From the NCBI GenBank assembly GCA_964016885.1, contig OZ024760.1:29512001-29576000 (forward strand): 64,000 nt of DNA, read 5' to 3'. The notes under the pieces were generated by a model that saw only the letters and a program-made list of their open reading frames with translations, was not told where the DNA came from and did not search any database. Shown in pieces: positions 12,040 through 25,861 of the stretch. Positions within the stretch are counted from its first letter, which is position 1. The number at the start of each line of letters is the position of its first letter. A program made the translations under genes and the position numbers. The DNA comes from Eledone cirrhosa. Its lineage: Eukaryota.

Positions 12040-14500
12040 AAGGATAAAAGAGAAAACACAGGGAAGCATTTAAAAAAAGAATTTTATCCAGGTATTTACG
12101 ACCGTTTCATTGGTAAGTGCAACCTTATATTGCTATACTGCAAATAGCAGCCACTCAATAATAATTGTACAGATAAAAATTATATTAGCTGCTAGGAAAA
12201 CAATAATTAAATTTGAAAACGCCTATTGGGAACGTAAGGATAGATTAAATAACTTCGACATCACGATTGGGTCTAATGACTCGGCTCAAGTCACAGATTT
12301 AGTAGGTATTTACATAGCCCATGATTTACAGAGGGAGTTTAGCGACCTTCACGGTGGAATCTACAGAGACGACGCCCTTCTCCTAGTTAAGAACCTAAAT
12401 AACCAGAGCACAAAAAGACTGCGTAAGAATATTAGAAAGACTATCGGGAAACTGGCCCTTAGCATAACGTATGAATATAGCACTAAAATAGGTAACTTTC
12501 TAGACGCGACTCTTAACCTAAATACGGGACTTATAAGACCTTTTCACAAGATTAATGAAAACTTAGCATACATCAACTGTAATTCGAACCACCCACTATC
12601 CATAATTAAATCCGTTCCGCGCAGCATATCCCTTAGGATCTCCCACCTCTCGTCTAACCAACAAATCTTCGAGGAACATGCCAAGTACTACAATACCGCA
12701 CTAGACAAGGCAGGCCACTTAGATAGAGTAGAATATATAGATGAATGCCTCTGTGAAGCACACACGAACACGCATAACACAAACTCCACAAACACACGCG
12801 CACACACATTTACGCATAGAACTACAAATTATAATGAAGATAGAAATACAACATCGAAATCAAGCAGGTCACGCAGTAGAAAATATATTTGGTATAACCC
12901 CATATTTAACACCTCTATTAGTACTAACCTACCCTCTACCTTCTTTAGAATAATAAATAAGCACTTTCCAGATTCACATAGATACAGCAAAATCCTTAAC
13001 ACTAAATCTATTAAACTATCTTACTCCACGACACCAAATACAGAGCCACACATTAAGATGCTTAATGCTAAAAAGATATATAACAACATCAAAACAAATT
13101 TACAACAATAATAATACAATTACCATTGAACACAACAGAATATCTAATACACAACCACCCGCTAATAGGCAAACAAAACGTAACACACTTGTACAGGCAT
13201 CGCAGCCCACAAAGTTGCCCATAACAAGAAATGCAACTGCCACCTACCTGAAACCTGTCCATTACAAAACGAATGTATGCAGTCTAACCTGGTTTACCAA
13301 TGCACAGTGGAATCAGACAACCAGAAATGGTATTACATCGGAGCGACTGGGAATACATTTAAAGCTCATTGGTATACACACCGTTACGCAATGAAACATT
13401 CCCAGCACCGTTATGTAACTACCCTTGCGAACAAGACCTGGCAACTGAAGGAAAGTAACCATCAATACACCCTGAAGTGGAAAAAATTATCGAGCGCGCC
13501 CCCATATCAGAGTGGTATGAGAAGCTGTCGACTATGTGACCTTGAGCTGTTCCACATTTTAAGTTCGAAGAATAAGTTACTCAACAATAAAATCGAAAGA
13601 TCGATTTATTGCAACCATAGACTCAAAGAAAGGTTTTTGCACTACAAGTGCAAATCGAACCCTTAACCTCTTACTACCACCTGACAAACTGTATATACTT
13701 AGACTTTCTACCCTCTTATTGTATACAATCCCTTTAATTACCCACAAAAACCAATACCTATATCCCTCTCTTCTCCTTCATTCCTTTTCTATTTCTTCCT
13801 TTCTTCTCTCCCTTTTTTTATGTATTTTCTTTTCTTCTCCCCCCCCCCCCCCCCCTTCTTTATTTTATTTTATTTTTTTATTTTTTATATATATATATAT
13901 ATATATATTTATCTCTCTAACTCCCCCCCCTCTCTCTCTCTCTCCATCCCTCCCACTATAAACAATTTAATTCTCTTTAACTCACCACACTCTAAATCAA
14001 CGTCATCATGTCTACATATATCAAAACTGATCAAAGATTCCTTCCACCTCTACCCCTCCCTCCATTTCAGTTTGTCACTCTACTTCCTAATTCTTATACT
14101 CCTTCCTCTCTCTCTATACTACTCCCTTTGTCCCTCCACTTTCTAATTCCTCTTCCTCTCTCTCTATACTAGCAAATACAATTCCAAAAGATGTTTTTCT
14201 ATATATTAAGAACTTGTTAAGAGTAACTAATTCACTATTTTGAAAATTTGGACGTGTACAACAATTATTGAGTGGCTGCTATTTGCAGTATAGCAATATA
14301 AGGTTGCGCTTACCAATGAAACGGTCGTAAATACCTGGATAAAATCCTTTTTTTAATGCTTACCTGTGTTTTCCCTTTTATCCTTTACACTCCAAGATTG
14401 AACGTGATTCTTACAAATTTGTGGAGTTAACCCTAACTGTCCATGAAACTGGCTGTCTAACCACGAACTGGATTATAATAAGCAATTTTTTGCTTCCCTA
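12040..14500 (+). mobile_element. Penelope-like element: RT (12110-13111) + GIY-YIG endonuclease (13277-13666), with an inverted pLTR segment at the 5' end
   Basis: RT motifs IGS...DLVG, YRDD, NFLD and YINCNSNHP; GIY-YIG motif VY...YIGATGNTFKAHW...H with CRLC; 12040-12171 is the reverse complement of 14255-14385. Confidence 0.93.
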
Positions 14501-14502
14501 AG

Positions 14503-14535
<33 letters not shown>

Positions 14536-15100
14536 GTATATGTGTATATATTCCATCAGCATTGAGGTAACCGCATGCAAACACAGATTGCGTAGGACTT
14601 ACCTCGCCCTCAAACCCCATAACGGCCCGGGTGGGTAGACAAGGGCTGATACCCCCCACTTGCCGAATAAGTTAGGGGAAACCCCAGCTTACATAGGTAG
14701 ATGTACCTCTTTTCTTTTCCTCTATGTTGTCTTCTTCCCCCTGTCTCATCCTATCACTTCCTTCCACCCCTGATCTTCTTCCTCGTCTGTTTTTCTCCTT
14801 CCGCCTACCCCGATGCAACCCATTGAGCCTCTGTAGCCTCAGTACCTCCACCCCTGTAATTTTAAGATAGAATTGGCCGATTACGCTTTGCTAACTATTT
14901 ATAGCAGATGTGTTAGACCCCTGTAATTTTGTATCATTTTTGTTACTACTCCAATTCTACAATTTCAAAATTTCTTATTTAGTGTTTTCTATTCTCAACT
15001 TATTAACCTGTAATTGTAAGATAGCATTGGCGGAATACGCTTTACTTGCTATTTATAGCAGCTGTGTTGGACCCCTGAAAAGTTTGCATTATATTTTTTC

Positions 15101-15412
15101 AAATCCCGCCGAGGTTGACTTTGCCTTTCATCCTTGCGGGGTCGATAAAATAAAGTACCAGTAATGCACTGGGTAATTGCTGGCCTTGTGCCAAAGGTAG
15201 AAACAATTATATTTTTTCACTAGGCGGTGGATTGACAGTATCGGTAGAGGGTCGGACGCCATGCTTTGACGCATAGAGTTACGGCCCTTGCCATTCTGAG
15301 TTCAAATCCCGCCGAGGTTAACTTTGCCTTTCATCCTTACGGGGTCGATAAAATAAAGTACCAGTAATACACTGGGTAATTGCTGGCCTTGTGCCAAAAG
15401 TAGAAATAATTA
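15101..15412 (+). mobile_element. Two tandem SINE family A copies (partial 15101-15210, full 15222-15412)
   Basis: Same B box and GGGGTCGATAAAATAAAGTACCAG block as the 10242 copy. Confidence 0.85.
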
Positions 15413-15987
15413 TATTTTTTTACTACCCACTTCTACAATTTCCTATTTAGTATTTTCCATTCTCAACTTATTAACCTTTTCTATAGCTTTGGCTACTAAT
15501 TATAGCAGCTGTCTCTAGACTCTACTGTTTTTGTTTTTTTCTTTTTTTATTCATTTCTCACTATCTAATTTTTTATATTTCTTTCTATTATTTTTTATTG
15601 TCTTTTGACTTACCTATTCTATAACTTCCCTCCTCCATTTTCTCCAGAACAATTTTTCGACTGTTCATACACTACCCTTAGAATCTGCTGTATAGATTTC
15701 ACTTTCAACGCTTGACCGGCTCCACTCACTCCCTCATTGTTATACGGGCAAATTCAGCCACCCCTACCTTCCACCAAATGCCATGACAGACTTATTTGTG
15801 TTTACAACAAATTTTGACCAATCCTCTTGACAACTACAATCTTCCCATATAAGGAAGAACCCCTTGACAAGTTCGGTTATTTATTTACCAGGCTAAAAAT
15901 TCTAATTTAGTCCAGAAATAGCCGTTGAAATGGCTTGAGCTCTGCCGTCGGCGTCATACTTTTTCCTATATACATATATATACATAT

Positions 15988-18890
15988 CATCATCATCATC
16001 ATCAACGTTTAACATCTATCTTCCACGCTAGCATGGGTTTAGACGGGAATTGTCCCACTTGAGGCAAGATTGGTCGTCTCGCTCGTGAAGGGCTGTCTGG
16101 CAGGTTTTCTACGGCTGGATGCCCTTCCTAACACAAACCACGTTTACAGTGTGGACTGGGAGGTTTGTACCGTGTTACTTACACGGCCACATTACAGCAT
16201 GGACTGTGTGTTTTTTTGCCATGACACATACACGACCTTATTTATTTTGGACTGGATGTTGTGGTACCAACATAACTTTACAGAGAAAGGGTGGTGTTGG
16301 TGGGAGTGGGGGTTGGGGTATATATTTGGTTAAGAGGTGCCTACTGACTCTAGGTTTCGCTTTGAACATAGGCAAGGCGAATCTTTTGTATTACTGCGTG
16401 GCGCCAAAGATCTCAGTCCAGTGACATTGTTTTAGAGAGGTGTAAGTGTGTGAGGTCGGAATTTATCAAATTGTCCCAGGTTTTTCTGGGTCTACCTACT
16501 CCGTAACTTCCATCAATTTTGATCGCCCTGCACTTTTTTATACAACTGTCATCTTTCATGCACATCACGTGACCATACCAACGTAGTCTTCTTTCGAGTA
16601 AACAGCATTTGATCCCTCTTATACCTAATTTATCACTAGTTCATTTATGCTTTGCTGTTCTCATATATTACTATTACGGAGCAATAATAAATAGGAGGGA
16701 GCTAAGGACAGAGCATTGATGAACACCAACTTTTACGCTATTAGCGCAGCATGCATGCTTCGTTCCTCTCCAGTCTGCGCAGATCCTCTGCACACAAAGC
16801 CCATGTCTCACTGCCATGTAACATTGCTGTTCGGATACAGGCATCATACAGCCTGCCTTTCATTTTTAGAGAGAAACCTTTAGCGGCCAATAGTGGTATA
16901 AGCTCTCTGAAGTTTTTCCATCCCGTTCGGACTCTAGCTACTGTACTTTCAGAGCACCCTCCACCACTGCTGATTTTGTCACCCAGGTAAAGAAGGTGTC
17001 CACTATTTCTATAGAACCATCTGGGCAATAGAAGCTAGTATCCTGTGGGCACTTGCTACTTATTGCACCAGAGCACCGGCCACATATAAAATCTACGTTC
17101 TTAGATAGCTTATCTGTGATCCTACTACATCTTTTATGTACCCATAGTTTGCATTTGGGACATAATATGGAATTTCTGCCTACTCCTTTCCTACACACTG
17201 AGCATGGCCATTTTCCAGAGGGTACCTGTACCCTATTTTCCTTTCTACATGCTAGAGCTTTAGTCTTAACTTTAAGGCCTTTTGATTCTAGGCCATGCTT
17301 CCATGTTTGGAATTTCTTCCCTAGTTCAGCCATCGATTCAGCTATGAGAGTTAGATCATCTGCGTATAGAAGTTCCCATGGGCAGCCAGTCTTGAACTCC
17401 TCTGTTATAGCCTGAAGGGCAATAATAAATAGGAGGGGGCTAAGGACAGAGCCTTGATGAACACCAACTTTTACGCTAAACTCTTCACTATATTCGTTGT
17501 TAATTCTAACCTTGCTGACTGTTTCTTTATACATGGCTTGTATAGCTTCACAAGCCATTCATCAACACCTAGTTTTCTAAGGGCCCACAAGATAATGGAG
17601 CGGTGGCCTCTGTCAAAGACTTTCTCCAAATCAACAAAAGCTAAGTATAGGGGTTTACTTTTAGCTAGGTACTTCTCCTGTAGTTGTCGTACAATGAAAA
17701 GAGCGTCTGTGGTACTTTTACATGACACAAACCCAAACTGCATTTTATCTAGATCAATTCGCTCTCTGATTAGTTGCGCTATTACTTTTTCTGTGACCTT
17801 CATCACCTGGTCAATTAATTTAATGTCACTATAGTTTCCCCTATCTAGGGCATCTCCTTTACCCTTGTAGCAGTTAATGATGATGCTGCCACGCCAGTCA
17901 TTTGGTATGACTTGGTTTACTATCCGGGTGACCATAGTGTGTCCCACCATTCCAGATGCTTTCAGCATTTCAGCTACTATCTCCAAAGGCCCAGTTGCCT
18001 TGCCTGTCTTCATATCTTTGATTTCTTTACTTATTATACTACCTTCAGCTTGCACTGCTGGTTCCTCTATTGGATCGATTTGGGGCAGACTATCTTTTTC
18101 CCCTTTATTCTCCTTGTTTAGTAGCCTCTCGTAGTGACACTTCCAGGCTACCTTCTTATCAGCGTCAGTGATGGCAAGTACACCATCATCATTACGGAAA
18201 CACTTCTCCCCGACAATATCACGGTTTTCCTTGACACATTGTCTTGCAATCCTATACACCTCACGATTTTGGTCCTCGCGTTGTAGAACATGCTTGAACT
18301 TTCTATCCTCTGCTTCCCCTCTTGCAAAGTACACTTGTCTCCTAGCTTCTCTCCTGGCCACTTGATAGTCTTCTCTACTTCCCCCATCCTGCCATACTTT
18401 CCAAGTCTGCTGTTTGCTTTGATTGACTCCTCCACCTTACTGTTCCACCACCAAGTTACTCTCCTCCTGCCTATAGGTCTGTTCCAGCCACAGATTTCAT
18501 GTTACCATCAGCAGGTTAACTTTCAGGAATTCCCACTGTTCCTCTATATTGTACGTCTCTAATTGCTCTTCCTTAGTGTCAAAAGCATCAAGTAATATGC
18601 TTTTAAATTTATTACTGGCTGTGGGGTCCTTTAACTTCCATATTTTTCTCCTGAGGATAGTCCTCCTCTGTTGTCGAGTATATCTCGTCCTGACTATGAG
18701 GTCGCTAACTATGAGTCTATGTTGGGAGGTGCATTCTTCCCGAGGGAGGGATTTAGTGTTTACAACAGACACTCTGTCTCGTCTTCTGGTAAGGATATAA
18801 TCTATCTGACTGGCGTGTTCCCCTGATCTATAGATGATCAAGTGATTGTCTCGTTTTTTGAAGTTTGTTACAGAATTGCAGGATTCCATA
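15988..18890 (-). mobile_element. Degenerate RTE LINE (end of APE endonuclease, RT with YADD, PHD-like finger, 3' UTR)
   Basis: Minus-strand ORFs with QIDYIL, FVDLEKVFD, GVHQGSVLSPLLF and LLYADDL; frameshifts present; (CAT)n tail at 15988. Confidence 0.95.
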
Positions 18891-18899
18891 TATATATAC

Positions 18900-18961
<62 letters not shown>

Positions 18962-19620
18962 ATGTACTGACTTGGTCTATGTAGACCTGTCCAACCCTTG
19001 TTAGCAGGGACAACGGTGATGTGAGATCTGAGATGAGACATCTTCCTCATCCCCTGCAACAATCAAGAGAAAGGGTAAAACCACCTGACCTCTTCCTATC
19101 GATTGTGGAACTTACTTACAATGACAAGAACCTCAATGTCACAAGATGAAGTCCCCCCCCCTTCCACCAAAACATAAAAACAAAACCTCCAAAAGTCCTT
19201 TAATTGGCTCATGACAATAAAATTGTTGTTATTAGCTAGAGGACAGTGAATTACCTGTAATCAGTGGAGTGTCAGACAACATTTAAGGTCTAAAGCTTGG
19301 AGTCTCTTCAAACCGGTGTTTATCGCCGTTTCTGTGGCATGAAACAACTGAGGAGTACAACACTTCCCACTGGACAGGATGCCAGTCCATCCCAGAATTA
19401 AGGTCTCTCTCGAGCCAGGAGGTTCATCAGGCCGGTGTTTATCCCGGTTTCCATGGTGTTAAGCGACTGAGAGTACAAGACTTGCCCCTGGACAGGACAC
19501 CAGTCCATTGAAGTGTTAAACTCCAGCTATTACTGGTACTTATTTTCAGCTGAGTGGTCTGGAGAAACATAAAATGAAATGTTTTGCTCAAGAACACAAC
19601 ACACAACCCAGTTGCAGAAT

Positions 19621-19965
19621 CATCATCATCATCATCGTTTAACGTCCATATTCCACGCTAGCATGGGTTTGGACGGGAGTTTTCCCACTTGAGGCAAGAT
19701 TGGTTGTCCTGCTCGTATAGGACTGTCTGGCGGGTTTTCTACGGCTGGATGCCCTTCCTAACACCAACCACATTTACAGTGTGGGACTGGGAGGTTTTTA
19801 CCGTGTTACCTACACGGCCACATTTACAGCGTGGACTGTGTGTATTTTTGTTGTGACACCTACACGACCTCATTTGTTTCGGACTGGATGTTGTGGTACC
19901 AACATAACTTTACATCGAAAGGGTTGGTGTGGATGGGATGGGGGTAGTGGGACGGGGTATATTTT
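19621..19965 (-). mobile_element. RTE 3' UTR-only fragment
   Basis: Near-identical to the 3' UTRs at 15988, 35993 and 38821. Confidence 0.88.
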
Positions 19966-20228
19966 GTTATAGTTACATTCTTTTACGCTCTGAGTTCAAA
20001 TCCCACTGAGGTTTGCTTTGCCTTTCATCCTTCATAAATTACAGTACATGTAATACACTGGGGTTTATTTAATCGACTTTCCTCTCCCCCCAAATATTGT
20101 TGGCCTCATACCTCAATCAGAAACCATTCTTATTATTCTGAAGAGTTATTTAGGCTTTGTTCTTTAATTTCACATGAACCATACTGAAGAGTCAATGATG
20201 TTCCTAAATCGGAAAAGAAACTATTATT

Positions 20229-20412
20229 GGATTGGCAGTATCGGTAGAGGGTCGGACGCCATGCTTTGACGCATAGAGTTACGGCCCTTTTCATTCTGAG
20301 TTCAAATCCTGCCGAAGTTAACTTTGCCTTTCATCCTTACGGGGTCGATAAGATAAAGTACCAGTAATGCACTGGGGTAATTGCTGGCCTTGTGCCAAAA
20401 GTAGAAACAATT
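20229..20412 (+). mobile_element. SINE family A
   Basis: Near-identical to 15222-15412. Confidence 0.85.
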
Positions 20413-21758
20413 ATTAACAGTGCCAGATTTACCATTGTACTTAGGAGTGCTTAAGCACAGGGTCCCCTTAACCAGGTGGGCTCATCTTCCTGCCAAAAAA
20501 ATGTTATACCCCCTTCAGGGCCAAAGTAAGGAGCCTCATAACTTAACTAGCTCAGAACCTCATTTGTCCTAAATATGATTATTAACTTCAACACAGTTCT
20601 ATAATTGTCACCATTTTGTCACCTGGAGTCTGTATTGTCCAATGAATAATTCTTTATTTAACACTTCTGGATGGAATGAACTTATTGAAAGAGGGCATAT
20701 TTTCTCGTCTGATAACACTTTAGATTGAAAAAAAAAAGAATAGTTTTGACAGGGCATAATTTGGGGAGATGGAATATATCACTGGGTATTCTTTTGAATA
20801 CAAACAAAACAAAACAAAAAAAAAAGAATCTCGGGCTACGGTACATTTTAGTTTTGGAGGCATTATAAAAGACATGTTTAATAAATTAATGAGAATTTTA
20901 CTAGAAGTAATATTAAAGGCGATGAATTGTTTGAGTCGTTAGAACGTCAGATAGAATGTTTTGTGGTATTTGTTATAACTCTCTCAGTTCAAATCCCACC
21001 AAGATCAAGTTTGTTTTTCATCCATTCGAAGTCGACATGTCTTTCTCCTTTCCCTTCTCTCATTTGCTTTATCCTTCTCTGGAAAAAATCAGGAAAGAGG
21101 AGATAGGCTCCGCCAGGTTTTAAATGCCCAAGAAACGCCATATGTCAATACGGCGCTTCTACAACTCCCCTAAGAATCACGGGACCACACCATACTATAC
21201 CAATAGTCAATTTATAGACGGCGTATTGACAGTCTTTAGAATGTCGGATAGAATGTTTTACGGGAATTCGTTCCTGCCTATGTCAATTTTATCTCTCATT
21301 ATTTCGAGATCGAGAAATAAAGTGTGTATCTTGTACTGGAATCACTTTTTTCTCTATACATCTCTTTCACTCTTTTTTTTTTTTCTCTGGAAGAAATCAG
21401 CTGTGTTTAAATCAATAGAGAGATTGGCTTTGCCAGATTAAAACGTCTCCATCACACGACAGACCTTACGACTTCATTAAAAGTTCAGGGCTCATGGATT
21501 GATGGATGGATAGAATATTATATTTAATGAAGCTGCTGATCTTTCCTCATGAAGGAAGAGAAATAAGATGTCCAAGAATATCCAGTTTCTGTCGGGTTTT
21601 GTTTCGTAACTCAAATAATAACTTTTTTTTTCCAGTACTACTTTTTACACAGACATTATTTTCATTCAGCACCGGAACACAAAAGAGTTACCTGGTAACG
21701 AGGGAGGTTACTCTCAACGTATTGATTAAAATCAAGGGAAATAACCTCAAAACAAAAC

Positions 21759-21790
21759 ATGGCGGAACTTCCTATCACGCTGGAATTTAG
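21759..21790 (+). CDS. URM1: Ubiquitin-related modifier 1, coding exon 1 (MAELPITLEF-S)
   Basis: AACATGG start context, donor AG|GTAAGT; phase 2 joins exon 2. Confidence 0.9.
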
Positions 21791-22007
21791 GTAAGTTTTA
21801 ACAACACTACTTTGTTTTCTTTCAGTCTATCCGACCATTCAAAGTTACTCGTTAGTTTCTTCTCTAACTTTTAAAGCTGGGTACAATGTTCTCGACCGAA
21901 AATTATGGCCTGTTTTATTACAAATGGCGTTGTAGGGGCGGTGGATTGGTTTTTACGACAGTGAACGACTTTTTACATGTGTACCACGAGATGGAATTAG
22001 CAAGAGC

Positions 22008-22272
22008 GTGCTTGGTTGTTTCAGCACCTTAGCCTCGCCATCACCTGGCCATACCGAGGTATCAGGTGATGCCCCTGGTGAGGGTGCTTGGTTGTTTCAG
22101 CACCTTAGCCTCGCCATCACCTGGCCATACCGAGGTGTCAGGTGATGCCCCTGGTGAGGGTGCTTGGTTGTTTCAGCAGCTTAGCCTCGCCATCACCTGG
22201 CCATACCGAGGTGTCAGGTGATGCCCCTGGTGAGGGTGCTTGGTTGTTTCAGCACCTTAGCCTCGCCATCAC
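22008..22272. repeat. 76-bp GC-rich minisatellite, ~3.5 copies, in URM1 intron 1
   Basis: GTGCTTGGTTGTTTCAGC starts at 22008, 22084, 22160 and 22236. Confidence 0.95.
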
Positions 22273-22734
22273 CCGTAGTAATGCTGCCAGTCAGTTGACT
22301 TGCCTCAAAATTTCCCGATCACCTTTGTGGTGTATTTTGTGACCGGTTGACACATTTAGTGTTGAATTGGTGGGTTTTTTTTCGCTTTGATTATATATTT
22401 TTGTGTTTTATATTTATAAGTTTCCTAGCAATAATCAATTTGATATGCTAGTATTTCTATCTGGTATAGATGTAATAAAATACATTTAACAAACAAAAAG
22501 AAAACAGCAAGCACTTGTTTCTCGTTGATAACAACTACAGAAAAAGATACAGATCATTCTTTTATATATGTGTGTGTGTGTATATATATATATGTGTGTG
22601 TGAGGGTATATATGAGTTTGTGTGAGTGTATATATGTATGTGTGTGCGTGTATATATATGTGTGTATGTGTGTGTATATATATATGTGTGTGTGTGTATA
22701 TATATGTGTGTGTGTGTATATATATATATGTGTA

Positions 22735-23060
22735 TCATCATTTCATTTTACGTCCGCTTTTCCCTGCTTGCAAGGGTGGGACGGGACCTGATTCTGGCTT
22801 GATTTCTACAGCCGGATGCCCTTCCTATCACCAACCTCATTTACAGTGAGTGCTGGGTGCTTTTTTGCTGAGGCACCTCCACGACCACTTTGCAGTGGAA
22901 TGATAGGGACCCCAGTCCCTATCATTTCATTTCTACAGCTGAGTAAACTGGAGCAATGTGTAATAAAGTGTCTTGCTCAAGGACACAACACATCGCCCGG
23001 TCTGAGAATTGAACTCACAACCTTTCGATTGCAAGGCCAATGTTCTAACCACTAAGCCAT
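22735..23060 (-). mobile_element. SINE family B (tRNA head, CORE-like block, RTE-derived body and 3' tail)
   Basis: Near-identical reverse complement of 52656-53006. Confidence 0.88.
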
Positions 23061-23177
23061 TATATATATATAAAGGGTGGTATGCGCATGCACGGAGAGG
23101 CTATAAAATAGGGCGAAAACCCTTAAAGACGAGAAAAAAAGTTATCATCGGCGGCTGTGAGGAATCAAGCCCCGTAT

Positions 23178-23385
23178 GAGTGCTGGTGTCATGATAAACT
23201 GCACTTGGTAGAGTGTACGACTACTCCCCTTGAGTGCTGGTGTGATAAACTGCACTCAGTAGAGTGTGGGACTGTTCCCCTTGAGTGCTGGTGTCGTGAT
23301 AAACTGCACTTGGTAGAGTGTGGGACTGTTCCCCTTGAGTGCTGGTGTCGTGATAAACTGCACTCCGCAGTGTGTGGGAATGTTG
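23178..23385. repeat. 51-54 bp tandem repeat, 4 copies
   Basis: GAGTGCTGGTGT...GATAAACTGCAC at 23178, 23232, 23283 and 23337. Confidence 0.9.
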
Positions 23386-23731
23386 TGTAAAGGACAGGCT
23401 GGCCCCTGGCCTACCTGAACTCCCAGAAGACTACTGTAACATAAATAAACAAGATGCAGGCCCCTAACCCATCTGAGAAGTCAGTAACTCCACTGACTCC
23501 ATGACAACCTGTCCCACTTGTAGCCAGAACAGACATTAAATGAGGAAGAATTCATCTAAGATCTCATTATCCAATGTGTCTTCTCTTTTTGAAGACAGTA
23601 GGATGTCATTTGAGGGAAATTCAACTGCTATATCTAGCAAGTTCAGCAACTACATACAGGATGAAATGTTGACTCATTACCCAAAGGTTATTTCAGGAAG
23701 TTGTCTTATATTCTTTGTATCTCTTTGACAG

Positions 23732-23805
23732 TGGCGGTGCAGAACTCCTTTTTGACAAAATTAAGAAACATCAAATCAACTTATCTCTTGAAAATAATAA
23801 ACAAT
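23732..23805 (+). CDS. URM1: URM1 exon 2 (GGAELLFDKIKKHQINLSLENNKQ)
   Basis: Acceptor tctctttgacag, donor T|GTAAGC; GGAELLF is the URM1 signature. Confidence 0.96.
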
Positions 23806-24338
23806 GTAAGCAATCTATTATAATAATCTATATATCTAAATATATATATATAACAATATCTGTCTGTGTGTCCTGTAGTTTGTATATGATGCAACCATCA
23901 GACTTGGTTCCTGTTTACATATATATATATACATATATATATATTAATAAAAACAATGAAGTTTTGTTTACATGTTTTTAGATTTTTATTGAGTAACATG
24001 TGTTTTGTAGAGGATTGGTTCAGGGTCACCCATAGGAGTTATGGGCCTGACTCCATTATCAGTCTGCTCTTCAGACTGGTGATATGACAAAAAATATAGT
24101 GTAACAGGTTGATACACAATAAAAAATCTAAATACATGTAAATGAAACTTACCCATTTGTATTAATTTATGCACTCTGCCTGTGTATAGAGTGCTTGCTT
24201 TGATACCAACACCAGTAAGTCACTGAATCACCTACACTATATATATATAGAGAGAGATAGTGTGTGTGTGTGTGTATCATGAGAGATACAGAGTGGATAG
24301 AGAGGAACCTATATCTATCTATATATGTATATATATAT

Positions 24339-24896
24339 AGGTGCATAGCTTAGTGGTTTTTTGAGGTTGCGAGTTCAATTCTCACACCAGATGATGTGTT
24401 GTGTCATTGAGCAAGACACTTTATATCATGTTGCTCTCTCGGTCAGTAGATAGGTTCAGCAATGGAAATATTGTTTCTTTGGTCCGATTTGATGAGTTTC
24501 ACCCCATTCAGCAGGCAAATGAGGACTGGTATCTTGTTGATCGATCAGACCGATATGTATATATATATATATAATACAAAATACCCGACCCCCACAGATA
24601 TAAGCCAAAGCCGAAGCTGAAGACAATATGCCCCCACACCCTCCCACTGCAAGTGCCACAGCAAAAGAGCACCCAGCCCACACTGTAAAGTGGACATGTA
24701 GGCGCCACAGAAAAAAGCAACCAGCACTCACTGTAAATGAGGTTGGTGTTAGGAAGGGCATCCAGCTGTAGAAATCAAGCCAGAATCAGTTCCTGTATGA
24801 GCAAGGCATGGTCAGCCGACCGTCACTGCCCACAACAGGACAACCCGTCTAACCCATGCTAGCGTGGAAGAACGGACATAAAACAGTGATGATGAT
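24339..24896 (+). mobile_element. SINE family B-related copy, interrupted
   Basis: tRNA-like head (GAGTTCAATTCTC), GAGCAAGACACTTTA, GGTTGGTGTTAGGAAGGGCATCCAGC and a (GAT)n tail. Confidence 0.75.
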
Positions 24897-25034
24897 ATAT
24901 ATATGTGTGTGTGTGATTTTAGTAGATTAAAAAAACATGCCACAACTTTACAGTTAATATTTATTTTTTGGTGTCAAAAATGTTTGTTGTACCAAGATTT
25001 ATTAATGTCTCGCACAAAATTTCTTCTTCTTCAG

Positions 25035-25116
25035 GGAAAATTAAAGATTTATTGCAATGGATTCGTGACAATCTCCTGAAAGAAAGACCAGAACTTTTTC
25101 TCCAAGGTGACAGTGT
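25035..25116 (+). CDS. URM1: URM1 exon 3 ([28 protein letters not shown])
   Basis: Acceptor ttcttcttcttcag, donor GT|GTAAGT; [10 protein letters not shown] is conserved in URM1. Confidence 0.96.
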
Positions 25117-25344
25117 GTAAGTAATATCCTGGGAGGCAACCTTAGAAGTTCTTCCTCTCATCTTAACTTTTATTAAAACTTTTATGACTGTATTTCAATT
25201 AATTAACGACAAATTTTGAGGGATTAACTAAAATTATTAATTATTTCATTAGTAGGATAGTAACTTAATGTATATGTTATCTGGGTTGGTAACAAAAGGC
25301 TTAAAAAATTATTTTGTTGTTGTTGTTGTTGATTAGCCTTGGTA

Positions 25345-25608
25345 AGCACCTAGCCCACACTGTAAAGTGGTCGTGTAGGTGTCATGACAAAAAGCACCCA
25401 GCCCACACTGTAAAGTGGTCATGTAGGTGACACGACAAAAAACACCCAGTCCACACTGTGAATGTGGTTGGCGTTAGGAAGGGCATGTAGAAACTAAGCC
25501 AGAAACAGTTCTGTGTAAGCAAGACATGGTCACTTGACCCAACTTGCCTGCAAGGGACAACCCATCTAACCCATGCTAGCGTGGAAGATGGACGTTAAAT
25601 GATGATGA
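25345..25608 (+). mobile_element. Headless SINE/RTE-tail fragment with a triplicated GCACCCAGCCCACACTG module
   Basis: Read directly; ends GGACGTTAAATGATGATG. Confidence 0.75.
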
Positions 25609-25861
25609 AGTCTTCAGTAATCAAAGATATTTCAGCCATGACCATCTCATCTTATTTTCAGACTATATCAATGACTCTAGGTGACGAATTATTGGCAGCG
25701 TTGTTAGAGTGTTTTAGTTAAATGTTTGGTATTTACTCCAGCTTTCTGGAGGCTAAATAATAACAACAGCAACAACAACAAATACTATGAAACAACAGTA
25801 ACAACAACAACATGTTGTTAACCAAGTATTCTTTACAATATTGTCAATATTTATTCTTCAG

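Noticed and set aside
14255-14345. Hammerhead in the pLTR of the plus-strand Penelope (GAAA-CGGTCG-TA present)
   Set aside because: No CUGANGA core or matching stem I upstream in either the direct or the inverted copy.
21934-21950. GC box + reverse CCAAT (GGGGCGGTGGATTGG) as a URM1 regulatory site
   Set aside because: It also matches the head of SINE family A (GGCGGTGGATTG), so a regulatory role cannot be supported.
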